Source of the DNA: Eledone cirrhosa
Lineage: Eukaryota
Direction of reading: 5' to 3'
Assembly (NCBI GenBank): GCA_964016885.1
Contig: OZ024745.1
Location: 1,426,001 to 1,490,000 of the forward strand
Length of the DNA stretch: 64,000 nt
Shown here: positions 40,310 through 52,100 of the stretch, piece after piece
How positions within the stretch are numbered: position 1 is the stretch's first letter
Layout of the letters: each line of letters opens with the position of its first letter
The notes under the pieces: generated by a model
The model's input: the letters and a program-made list of their open reading frames with translations, nothing else
Told to the model about the DNA's origin: nothing
The model's database searches: none
Translations under genes and position numbers: made by a program

Positions 40310-40775
40310 CGGGTTACTTAAATATAAGTATGTATACGTACATACATATATGTATACAGACGTACAGTAGTAAATAATATATACATACATGCACACACAT
40401 ATATATATGTACGTATGGATTCACCGAACATTTATTATAATGCTCGCTGCTCAGCCGTTAATATGCATAAGGAAAGTATATACTTTCGGACGTTCAACCA
40501 TCTGGCAGGAAGGTATACGTTGCTGACGATAGCTAATAAGTTTGAAACTAGTACAGCGTTCCTTTGTCAGTGTTGAACAAAAGAGCAACGATGGTTGCTA
40601 GACACTGTACGGCTTAATTCGGGATGTTTGTTTACAAACACACCGAGCATTATAATAAATGTTCGGTGAATCCATACGTACATATATATGTGTGCATATA
40701 TGTATATATATATATATATATACACACTACTGTACGTCTGTATACAAATATGTATGTACGTATACATACTTATAT
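40310..40775 (+). mobile_element. Retrozyme-like element (468-bp family) with inverted duplication of its 3' ~125 bp
   Basis: 40321-40446 is an approximate reverse complement of 40644-40775; the body is homologous to 6118-6425. Confidence 0.8.
40518..40558 (+). ncRNA. Minimal type I hammerhead ribozyme
   Basis: CGTTG-CTGACGA-tAGCT(aata)AGTTt-GAAAC-TA-GTA^CAGCG. Confidence 0.8.
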
Positions 40776-40791
40776 ATATATATATATATAT

Positions 40792-40967
40792 ATAGGAAAA
40801 AGTATGACCCCGACGGCAGAGCTCAAGCCGTTTCGACGGAAATAGCCGTCGAAACGGCTTGAGCTCTGTCGTCGGGGTCGTACTTTTTCCTATTTCCCAC
40901 TCTACTACCCTAAGTATTGAGTACTCTGGTGCGTTATGGTCCATCTGGTTCCTTACCACAATTCCTT

Positions 40968-40972
<5 letters not shown>
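40792..40972. mobile_element. Fold-back element centred on a hammerhead stem II
   Basis: Palindrome 40792-40893; the right arm reads CCGTC-GAAAC-GGC(ttgagctct)GTC-GTC^GGGGTC; same family as 45136-45560. Confidence 0.7.
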
Positions 40973-41056
<84 letters not shown>

Positions 41057-41296
41057 AGTATGCATGTATACGTACATACATATATGTATACAAACGTACA
41101 GTAGCATGCACATATATATATATATATATACATATATACATACATATGCATACAGGTACACATACATATATGCACGTATCAGTTTAGCGGCGCTAACGTC
41201 GCTTTGTTCGTTTGTAAACAAACTGAACAGCCTGAATTTATGCCATACGGTGTTAAGGCAACCACGTCACCTTTTTGTTCAACACTGACACAGGAA

Positions 41297-41337
41297 CGAT
41301 GTACTAGTTTCAAGCTTGTTAGCTATCATCAGCACCG
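41297..41337 (-). ncRNA. Minimal type I hammerhead (monomer 1)
   Basis: Reverse complement reads CGGTG-CTGATGA-tAGCT(aaca)AGCTt-GAAAC-TA-GTA^CATCG. Confidence 0.87.
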
Positions 41338-41764
41338 TTTACCCATCTGCCAGATAGTTGAACGTTCGAAAGTATATACTTTCCTTATGAAAATTAACGG
41401 CTGAGCAGCCTAATTTGCATATTGAGTGAGTTAAATCGGTCAGGCATACCGAAAACGATAAATTGAAACAAAATGAAAACGAAATTTCATTTCTCACTCT
41501 TAGTATGGCACTTACTTAAATGTAAGTATGCATGTATACGTACATACATATATGTATACAAACGTACAGTAGCATGCACATATATATATATATATATACA
41601 TATATACATACATATGCATACAGGTACACATACATATATGCACGTATCAGTTTAGCGGCGCTAACGTCGCTTTGTTCGTTTGTAAACAAACTGAACAGCC
41701 TGAATTTATGCCATACGGTGTTAAGGCAACCACGTCACCTTTTTGTTCAACACTGACACAGGAA

Positions 41765-41805
41765 CGATGTACTAGTTTCAAGCTTGTTAGCTATCATCAG
41801 CACCG
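41765..41805 (-). ncRNA. Minimal type I hammerhead (monomer 2)
   Basis: Identical to 41297-41337. Confidence 0.87.
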
Positions 41806-42232
41806 TTTACCCATCTGCCAGATAGTTGAACGTTCGAAAGTATATACTTTCCTTATGAAAATTAACGGCTGAGCAGCCTAATTTGCATATTGAGTGAGTT
41901 AAATCGGTCAGGCATACCGAAAACGATAAATTGAAACAAAATGAAAACGAAATTTCATTTCTCACTCTTAGTATGGCACTTACTTAAATGTAAGTATGCA
42001 TGTATACGTACATACATATATGTATACAAACGTACAGTAGCATGCACATATATATATATATATATACATATATACATACATATGCATACAGGTACACATA
42101 CATATATGCACGTATCAGTTTAGCGGCGCTAACGTCGCTTTGTTCGTTTGTAAACAAACTGAACAGCCTGAATTTATGCCATACGGTGTTAAGGCAACCA
42201 CGTCACCTTTTTGTTCAACACTGACACAGGAA

Positions 42233-42273
42233 CGATGTACTAGTTTCAAGCTTGTTAGCTATCATCAGCACCG
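42233..42273 (-). ncRNA. Minimal type I hammerhead (monomer 3)
   Basis: Identical to 41297-41337. Confidence 0.87.
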
Positions 42274-42702
42274 TTTACCCATCTGCCAGATAGTTGAACG
42301 TTCGAAAGTATATACTTTCCTTATGAAAATTAACGGCTGAGCAGCCTAATTTGCATATTGAGTGAGTTAAATCGGTCAGGCATACCGAAAACGATAAATT
42401 GAAACAAAATGAAAACGAAATTTCATTTCTCACTCTTAGTATGGCACTTACTTAAATGTAAGTATGCATGTATACGTACATACATATATGTATACAAACG
42501 TACAGTAGCATGCACATATATATATATATATATATACATATATACATACATATGCATACAGGTACACATACATATATGCACGTATCAGTTTAGCGGCGCT
42601 AACGTCGCTTTGTTCGTTTGTAAACAAACTGAACAGCCTGAATTTATGCCATACGGTGTTAAGGCAACCACGTCACCTTTTTGTTCAACACTGACACAGG
42701 AA

Positions 42703-42743
42703 CGATGTACTAGTTTCAAGCTTGTTAGCTATCATCAGCACCG
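42703..42743 (-). ncRNA. Minimal type I hammerhead (monomer 4)
   Basis: Identical to 41297-41337. Confidence 0.87.
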
Positions 42744-42794
42744 TTTACCCATCTGCCAGATAGTTGAACGTTCGAAAGTATATACTTTCCTTAT

Positions 42795-43632
42795 TGTATT
42801 TGGCGGGGACCTTTACATTGGTGTATTTGGTGGGATCCTTTACATTGGTGCATTTGGTGGGGACCTTTACATTGGTGTATTTGGCGAGGGTCCTTTACAT
42901 TGGTGTATTTGGTGGGGACCTTTACATTGGTGTATTTGGTGGGGACCTTTACATTGGTGTATTTGGTGGGGACCTTTACATTGGTGTATTTGGCGGCGAC
43001 CTTTACATTGGTGTATTTGGTGGGGACCTTTACATTGGTGTGTTTGGTGGGGACCATTACATTGGTGTATTTGGTGGGGACCTTTACATTGGTGTACTTG
43101 GCGGGGACCTTTACATTGGTGTATTTGGCGGCGACCTTTACATTGGTGTATTTGGCGGGGACCTTTAGATTGGTGTATTTGGCGAGGGTCCTTTACATTG
43201 GTGTATTTGGTGGGGACCTTTACATTGGTGTATTTGGTGGGGACATTTACATTGGTGTATTTGGTGGGGACCTTTACATTGGTGTATTTGGCGGCGACCT
43301 TTACATTGGTGTATTTGGTGGGGACCTTTACATTGGTGTATTTGGTGGGGACCTTTACATTGGTGTATTTGGCGGCGACCTTTACATTGGTGTATTTGGT
43401 GGGGACCTTTAGATTGGTGTATTTGGTGGGGACCTTTACATTGGTGTATTTGGCGGGGACCTTTACATTGGTGTATTTGGTAGGGTCCTTTACATTGGTG
43501 TATTTGGTGGGGACCTTTACATTGGTGTATTTGGTGGGGACCTTTACATTGGTGTACTTGGCGAGGACCTTTACATTGGTGTATTTGGTGGGGACCTTTA
43601 CATTGGTGTATTTGGTGGGGACCTTTACATTC
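42795..43632. repeat. 27-bp minisatellite (~31 copies)
   Basis: Unit GGTGTATTTGGTGGGGACCTTTACATT. Confidence 0.95.
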
Positions 43633-44127
43633 TGGGTTCAAATCTTATTGAGAACAATTTTCACTTTCACCACGATGTGTGTGTGAGTGTGTGAGTGTGT
43701 GTGTGTGAGTGAGTGTGTGTGTGTGAATGAGTGTGTGTGTGTATGTGAGTGTGTGTGTGAGTGTGTGTGAGTCCGTGTGTATGTATGTGAGTGTGAGTGT
43801 GTGTGTGTGTGTATGTATGTGTGTGTGAGTGTGTGTGTGTGTGAGTGTGTGTGTGTGTGTGAGTTTGTGTGTGTATGTGAGTGTGTTTGTGTATGAGATT
43901 GTATGAGTGTGTGTATGTGTGTGAGTGTATGTGTGTGAGAGTGTGTATGTGTGTGTGTCCTATAGAAATGTAACTGGAATTTAAAATAGAAGTAAAACAT
44001 ATTCTCAATGAAACGTAGTCTATATTTCTGTATAACAAATAACAGGAGAGAATTCTATATCTCAGCGTTAACCTGATTTAATCTCCCAATTTCTTCACAA
44101 AACATCCATAAGTTTACACCATAATTT

Positions 44128-44463
44128 ATATGTGTGGATATATATGGCATATGTATGTGTGGATATATATATATATGGCATATCTATGTGTGGATATATA
44201 TATGGCATATGTATGTGTGGATATATATATGGCATATGTATGTGTGGATATATATATATATGGCATATGTATGTGTGGATATATATATGGCATATGTATG
44301 TGTGGATATATATATATATGGCATATCTATGTGTGGATATATATATGGCATATCTATGTGTGGATATATATATGGCATATGTATGTGTGGATATATATAT
44401 ATATGGCATATCTATGTGTGGATATATATATATATGGCATATCTATGTGTGGATATATATGGC
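44128..44463. repeat. ~28-32-bp minisatellite
   Basis: Unit TATGTGTGGA(TA)nTGGCATAT(G/C). Confidence 0.9.
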
Positions 44464-44543
44464 TTAATGTGATGAGGAGAAGAACATTTTCAACTTCTTT
44501 GGACTATTAAGCGATGATAATGCTGAGTTTCAGGATTTAAACA

Positions 44544-44641
<98 letters not shown>

Positions 44642-44654
44642 ATATATATATATA

Positions 44655-44709
<55 letters not shown>

Positions 44710-44778
44710 AAAAAGGGATGAAATCGAAAATGCAACTGAAGTCTTATTTTTTTTAAAAATATATATATTTATTTGGTT

Positions 44779-44816
44779 CCTTTACCGGTTTCGCAGTTCT
44801 TCTGCTTTTCAAAAGG
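44779..44816 (-). ncRNA. Minimal hammerhead, U3:A8 variant core
   Basis: Reverse complement of 44892-44929. Confidence 0.72.
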
Positions 44817-44891
44817 TGAGTTGATATGGAGGGTCTGTGGTTTTTCTCACATCAGATGTGAGAAAAACCACAGACCCTCCATCTCAACTCA

Positions 44892-44929
44892 CCTTTTGAA
44901 AAGCAGAAGAACTGCGAAACCGGTAAAGG
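44892..44929 (+). ncRNA. Minimal hammerhead, U3:A8 variant core
   Basis: CCTT-TTGAAAA-GCAG(aagaa)CTGC-GAAAC-CG-GTA^AAGG; palindromic stem III ACCGGT. Confidence 0.72.
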
Positions 44930-45019
44930 AACCAAATAAATATATATATTTTTTTTAAAAATAAGACTTCAGTTGCATTTTCGATTTCATCTTTTTTTCT
45001 TTATATATATATATATATA

Positions 45020-45117
45020 CAGGGTGTCGCAAAAATGTATTCACACTTCAACAGCATTCTTACAAATATTGCCTGTACAAGTAATCAAAGTGTGTATACA
45101 TCTTTTGGGACACCGTA
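45020..45117. mobile_element. ~100-bp Tc1/mariner-like MITE
   Basis: TA|CAGGGTGTCGCAAAAATGTATTCACACTT ... AAGTGTGTATACATCTTTTGGGACACCGTA|TA imperfect TIRs inside (TA)n. Confidence 0.7.
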
Positions 45118-45135
45118 TATATATATATATATATA

Positions 45136-45326
45136 TAACGAAGGAAAAGTGGTAAGGAACCAGGTGGACCATAACGCAGCAAACTACTCAATACTTAGGG
45201 TAGTAGAGTGGGTAATAGGAACGAGTAGGACACCGACGGCTGAGCTCAAGCCGTTTCGACGGCTAATTCTAGTCCAGAATTAGCCGTCGAAACGGCTTGA
45301 GCTCAGCCGTCGGGGTCTTACTCGTT

Positions 45327-45387
<61 letters not shown>

Positions 45388-45413
45388 ACACATGTATGTG
45401 TGTATTTATACAC

Positions 45414-45457
<44 letters not shown>

Positions 45458-45560
45458 GGAACCGGTTAGACCGGTTCCTATTACCCACTCTACTACCCCA
45501 AGTATTGAGTACTTTGGTGCGTTATGGTCCACCTGGTTCCTTACCACATTTCCTTCGTTA
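45136..45560. mobile_element. Fold-back element(s) centred on a hammerhead stem II, plus a second hairpin-capped fragment
   Basis: Hairpin centre AGTCC at 45271-45275; the right arm reads GAAAC-GGC(ttgagctca)GCC-GTC^GGGGTC; 45457-45560 mirrors 45136-45222 and starts with GGAACCGG(ttaga)CCGGTTCC. Confidence 0.7.
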
Positions 45561-46135
45561 TATATATATATATATATATATATACAAGTATATATTACAC
45601 AAAGAGAAGTGTGTTACACAGTGAGATGTGTGTAAATAATTATTACGAGTGATTTTACCGTTACTGTATACAGAGCAATATCTACAGGTTAGCAATTAAA
45701 TAGAAAAAAACAATTCAGAATCAATTCTCTGGATTAGAGTTTTAAGTCACAAACCTTATAACTATATTTTGCTGACACGAATCTCGCTTCATTTCACCAC
45801 TTATATGTGAAGTATCAGGTCACAGGATCCTCAGTCAGCAAATGCAAAGCACTGAACACTACACATCTAACCTCATGGATAGAGAGATTTCTAATAGACA
45901 CGCTGGCCAGAGTAGGGCGAAATCACGTGTTATTTCAATGAAATAACGGCTGTCATGGATTGGGGAAGACGCAAAAAGTGCAGACCAACCATTCGAATTT
46001 ATTAGCTCAACAATTTGGAGCTCAGAAGGAAATTCTCTATTTCTTCTTTGAGCTAATACTATTATTATTATTATTACAGTGAACTGCGGAATACTCTTAA
46101 TTCCGATCTTTGTATACTTAATGAGCTCCGAATTG

Positions 46136-49100
46136 CAGTGTGTCGAGTATTTCAGATAGTTTAGGGCGAGACCAGTGTGTCGAGTATTTCAGATAGTTTA
46201 GGTCGAGACCAGTGTGTCGTGTATTTCAGATAGTTAAGGGCGAGACCAGTGTGTCGTGTATTTCAGATAGTTTAGGGCGAGACCAGTGTGTCGAGTATTT
46301 CAGATAGTTTAGGGCGAGACCAGTGTGTCGAGTATTTCAGATAGTTTAGGGCGAGACCAGTGTGTCGAGTATTTCAGATAGTTAAGGCCGAGACCAGTGT
46401 GTCGTGTATTTCAGATAGTTTAGGGCGAGACCAGTGTGTCGTGTATTTCAGATAGTTTAGGGCGAGACCAGTGTGTCGTGTATTTCAGATAGTTTAGGTC
46501 GAGACCAGTGTGTCGAGTATTTCAGATTGTTTAGGGCGAGACCAGTGTGTCGTGTATTTCAGATAGTTAAGGCCGAGACCAGTGTGTCGTGTATTTCAGA
46601 TAGTTTAGGTCGAGACCAGTGTGTCGTGTATTTCAGATAGTTTAGGGCGAGACCAGTGTGTCGTGTATTTCAGATAGTTTAGGGCGAGACCAGTGTGTCG
46701 AGTATTTCAGATAGTTTAGGTCGAGACCAGTGTGTCGAGTATTTCAGATAGTTTAGGGCGAGACCAGTGTGTCGTGTATTTCAGATAGTTTAGGTCGAGA
46801 CCAGTGTGTCGAGTATTTCAGATTGTTTAGGGCGAGACCAGTGTGTCGTGTATTTCAGATAGTTAAGGCCGAGACCAGTGTGTCGTGTATTTCAGATAGT
46901 TTAGGTCGAGACCAGTGTGTCGTGTATTTCAGATAGTTTAGGGCGAGACCAGTGTGTCGTGTATTTCAGATAGTTTAGGGCGAGACCAGTGTGTCGAGTA
47001 TTTCAGATAGTTTAGGTCGAGACCAGTGTGTCGAGTATTTCAGATAGTTTAGGGCGAGACCAGTGTGTCGTGTATTTCAGATAGTTTAGGGCGAGACCAG
47101 TGTGTCGTGTATTTCAGATAGTTTAGGGCGAGACCAGTGTGTCGTGTATTTCAGATAGTTTAGGTCGAGACCAGTGTGTCGAGTATTTCAGATAGTTTAG
47201 GGCGAGACCAGTGTGTCGAGTATTTCAGATAGTTTAGGGCGAGACCAGTGTGTCGAGTATTTCAGATAGTTAAGGCCGAGACCAGTGTGTCGAGTATTTC
47301 AGATAGTTTAGGGCGAGACCAGTGTGTCGAGTATTTCAGATAGTTTAGGGCGAGACCAGTGTGTCGAGTATTTCAGATAGTTTAGGTCGAGACCAGTGTT
47401 TCGTGTATTTCAGATAGTTTAGGGCGAGACCAGTGTGTCGTGTATTTCAGATAGTTTAGGGCGAGACCAGTGTGTCGTGTATTTCAGATAGTTTAGGTCG
47501 AGACCAGTGTGTCGAGTATTTCAGATAGTTTAGGTCGAGACCAGTGTGTCGTGTATTTCAGATAGTTTAGGGCGAGACCAGTGTGTCGTGTATTTCAGAT
47601 AGTTTAGGGCGAGACCAGTGTGTCGTGTATTTCAGATAGTTTAGGTCGAGACCAGTGTGTCGAGTATTTCAGATAGTTTAGGGCGAGACCAGTGTGTCGA
47701 GTATTTCAGATAGTTTAGGTCGAGACCAGTGTGTCGAGTATTTCAGATAGTTAAGGCCGAGACCAGTGTGTCGAGTATTTCAGATAGTTTAGGGCGAGAC
47801 CAGTGTGTCGAGTATTTCAGATAGTTTAGGGCGAGACCAGTGTGTCGAGTATTTCAGATAGTTTAGGTCGAGACCAGTGTTTCGTGTATTTCAGATAGTT
47901 TAGGGCGAGACCAGTGTGTCGTGTATTTCAGATAGTTTAGGGCGAGACCAGTGTGTCGTGTATTTCAGATAGTTTAGGTCGAGACCAGTGTGTCGAGTAT
48001 TTCAGATAGTTTAGGTCGAGACCAGTGTGTCGTGTATTTCAGATAGTTTAGGTCGAGACCAGTGTGTCGAGTATTTCAGATAGTTTAGGGCGAGACCAGT
48101 GTGTCGAGTATTTCAGATAGTTTAGGGCGAGACCAGTGTGTCGAGTATTTCAGATAGTTAAGGCCGAGACCAGTGTGTCGTGTATTTCAGATAGTTTAGG
48201 GCGAGACCAGTGTGTCGAGTATTTCAGATAGTTTAGGGCGAGACCAGTGTGTCGAGTATTTCAGATAGTTTAGGGCGAGACAAGTGTGTCGTGTATTTCA
48301 GATAGTTTAGGGCGAGACTAGTGTGTCGTGTATTTCAGATAGTTTAGGGCGAGATCAGTGTGTCGAGTATTTCAGATAGTTTAGGGCGAGACCAGTGTGT
48401 CGTGTATTTCAGATAGTTTAGGGCGAGACCAGTGTGTCGAGTATTTCAGATAGTTTAGGGCGAGACAAGTGTGTCGAGTATTTCAGATAGTTTAGGGCGA
48501 GACCAGTGCGTCGTGTATTTCAGATAGTTTAGGGCGAGACTTGTGTGTCGAGTATTTCAGATAGTTTAGGGCGAGACCAGTGTGTCGAGTATTTCAGATA
48601 GTTTAGGGCGAGACCAGTGTGTCGTGTATTTCAGATAGTTTAGGGCGAGACTTGTGTGTCGAGTATTTCAGATAGTTTAGGGCGAGACCAGTGTGTCGAG
48701 CATTTCAGATAGTTTAGGGCGAGACCAGTGTGTCGTGTATTTCAGATAGTTTAGGGCGAGACCAGTGCGTCGTGTATTTCAGAGAGTTTAGGGCGAGACC
48801 AGTGTGTCGAGTATTTCAGATAGTTTAGGGCGAGACCAGTGTGTCGAGTATTTCAGATAGTTTAGGCCGAGACCAGTGTGTCGTGTATTTCAGATAGTTT
48901 AGGGCGAGACCAGTGTGTCGAGTATTTCAGATAGTTTAGGGCGAGACAAGTGTGTCGTGTATTTCAGATAGTTTAGGGCGAGACCAGTGCGTCGTGTATT
49001 TCAGATAGTTTAGGGCGAGACCAGTGTGCCGAGTATTTAAGATAGTTTAGGGCGAGACCAGTGTGCCGAGTATTTCAGATAGTTTAGGGCGATACCAGTG

Positions 49101-52100
49101 TGCCGAGTATTTCAGATAGTTTAGGGCGAGACCAGTGTCTCGTGTATTTCAGATAGTTTAGGGCGAGACCAGTGTGTCGTGTATTTCAGATAGTTTAGGG
49201 CGAGACAAGTGTGTCGTGTATTTCAGATAGTTTAGGGCGAGACCAGTGTGTCGTGTATTTCAGATAGTTTAGGGCGAGACCAGTGTGTCGTGTATTTCAG
49301 ATAGTTTAGGGCGAGACCAGTGTGTCGTGTATTTCAGATAGTTTAGGGCGAGACCAGTGTGTCGTGTATTTCAGATAGTTTAGGGCGAGACCAGTGTGTC
49401 GTGTATTTCAGATAGTTTAGGGCGAGACCAGTGTGTCGTGTATTTCAGATAGTTTAGGGCGATACCAGTGTGCCGAGTATTTCAGATAGTTTAGGGCGAT
49501 ACCAGTGTGCCGAGTATTTCAGATAGTTTAGGGCGATACCAGTGTGCCGAGTATTTCAGATAGTTTAGGGCGAGACCAGTGTGTCGAGTATTTCAGATAG
49601 TTTAGGGCGAGACCAGTGTGTCGAGTATTTCAGATAGTTTAGGTCGAGACCAGTGTGTCGTGTATTTCAGATAGTTTAGGGCGAGACCAGTGTGTCGAGT
49701 ATTTCAGATAGTTTAGGTCGAGACCAGTGTGTCGTGTATTTCAGATAGTTTAGGGCGAGACCAGTGTGTCGTGTATTTCAGATAGTTTAGGCCGAGACCA
49801 GTGTGTCGTGTATTTCAGATAGTTTAGGGCGAGACCAGTGTGTCGTGTATTTCAGATAGTTTAGGGCGAGACCAGTGTGTCGTGTATTTCAGATAGTTTA
49901 GGTCGAGACCAGTGTGTCGAGTATTTCAGATAGTTTAGGTCGAGACCAGTGTGTCGTGTATTTCAGATAGTTTAGGGCGAGACCAGTGTGTCGAGTATTT
50001 CAGATAGTTTAGGGCGAGAACAGTGTGTCGTGTATTTCAGATAGTTTAGGGCGAGACCAGTGTGTCGAGTATTTCAGATAGTTTAGGGCGAGACCAGTGT
50101 GTTGAGTATTTCAGATAGTTTAGGGCGAGACAAGTGTGTCGTGTATTTCAGATAGTTTAGGGCGAGACCAGTGCGTCGTGTATTTCAGAGAGTTTAGGGC
50201 GAGACCAGTGTGTCGAGTATTTCAGATAGTTTAGGGCGAGACCAGTGTGTCGAGTATTTCAGATAGTTTAGGCCGAGACCAGTGTGTCGTGTATTTCAGA
50301 TAGTTTAGGGCGAGACCAGTGTGTCGCGTATTTCAGATAGTTTAGGGCGAGACCAGTGTGTCGAGTATTTCAGATAGTTTAGGGCGAGACAAGTGTGTCG
50401 TGTATTTCAGATAGTTTAGGGCGAGACCAGTGCGTCGTGTATTTCAGATAGTTTAGGGCGAGACCAGTGTGTCGTGTATTTCAGATAGTTTAGGGCGAGA
50501 CCAGTGTGTCGTGTATTTCAGATAGTTTAGGGCGAGACCAGTGTGTCGTGTATTTCAGATAGTTTAGGGCGAGACAAGTGTGTCGTGTATTTCAGATAGT
50601 TTAGGGCGAGACCAGTGTGTCGTGTATTTCAGATAGTTTAGGGCGAGACCAGTGTGTCGTGTATTTCAGATAGTTTAGGGCGAGACCAGTGTGTCGTGTA
50701 TTTCAGATAGTTTAGGGCGATACCAGTGTGCCGAGTATTTCAGATAGTTTAGGGCGATACCAGTGTGCCGAGTATTTCAGATAGTTTAGGGCGATACCAG
50801 TGTGCCGAGTATTTCAGATAGTTTAGGGCGAGACTAGTGTGACGAGTATTTCAGATAGTTTAGGGCGAGACTAGTGTGTCGAGTATTTCAGACAGTTTAG
50901 GGCGAGACCAGTGTGTCGAGTATTTCAGATAGTTTAGGGCGAGACTTGTGTGCCGAGTATTTCAGATAGTTTAGGGCGAGACCAGTGTGTCGAGTATTTC
51001 AGACAGTTTAGGGCGAGACCAGTCTGCCGAGTATTTCAGATAGTTTAGGGCGAGACCAGTGTGTCGAGTATTTCAGATAGTTTAGGGCGAGACCAGTGTG
51101 TCGAGTATTTCAGAAAGTTTAGGGCGAGACCAGTGTGCCGAGTATTTCAGATAGTTTAGGGCGAGACCAACGTGTCGAGTATTTCAGATAGTTTAGGGCG
51201 AGACCAGTGTGTCGTGTATTTCAGATAGTTTAGGGCGAGACTAGTGTGTCGTGTATTTCAGATAGTTTAGGGCGAGATCAGTGTGTCGAGTATTTCAGAT
51301 AGTTTAGGGCGAGACCAGTGTGTCGAGTATTTCAGATAGTTTAGGGCGAGACCAGTGTGTAGTGTATTTCAGATAGTTTAGGGCGAGACTAGTGTGTCGT
51401 GTATTTCAGATAGTTTAGGGCGATACCAGTGTGTCGTGTATTTCAGAGAGTTTAGGGCGAGACCAGTGTGTCGAGTATTTCAGATAGTTTAGGGCGATAC
51501 CAGTGTGCCGAGTATTTCAGATAGTTTAGGGCGAGACCAGTGTCTCGTGTATTTCAGATAGTTTAGGGCGAGACTAGTGTGTCGTGTATTTCAGATAGTT
51601 TAGGGCGAGATCAGTGTGTCGAGTATTTCCGATAGTTTAGGGTGAGACCAGTGTGTCGTGTATTTCAGATAGTTTAGGGCGAGACTAGTGTGTCGTGTAT
51701 TTCAGATAGTTTAGGGCGAGACCAGTGTGTCGTGTATTTCAGATAGTTTAGGGCGAGACCAGTGTGTCGAGTATTTCAGATAGTTTAGGGCGAGACCAGT
51801 GTGTCGAGTATTTCAGATAGTTTAGGGCGAGACCAGTGTGTCGAGTATTTCAGATAGTTTAGGGCGAGACCAGTGTGTCGAGTATTTCAGATAGTTTAGG
51901 GCGAGACCAACGTGTCGAGTATTTCAGATAGTTTAGGGCGAGACCAGTGTGCCGAGTATTTCAGATAGTTTAGGGCGAGACCAACGTGTCGAGTATTTCA
52001 GATAGTTTAGGGCGAGACCAACGTGTCGAGTATTTCAGATAGTTTAGGGCGAGACCAGTGTGTTGAGTATTTCAGATAGTTTAGGGCGAGACCAACGTGT

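Larger units (their letters stand above)
41053..42794 (-). mobile_element. Tandem array of ~3.7 near-identical 468-bp hammerhead-containing monomers (non-LTR retrozyme-like)
   Basis: Period 468/468/470 bp; four HHRs and three ATGCAAAT octamers; no credible ORF. Confidence 0.9.
44706..45002. mobile_element. ~297-bp palindrome carrying two divergently oriented hammerheads
   Basis: Near-perfect inverted arms centred at 44854; flanked by (TA)n. Confidence 0.85.

Noticed and set aside
42409-43686. 425-aa ORF with WCIWWGPLH repeats
   Set aside because: Chance read-through from the retrozyme antisense strand into a 27-bp minisatellite, with frame switching.
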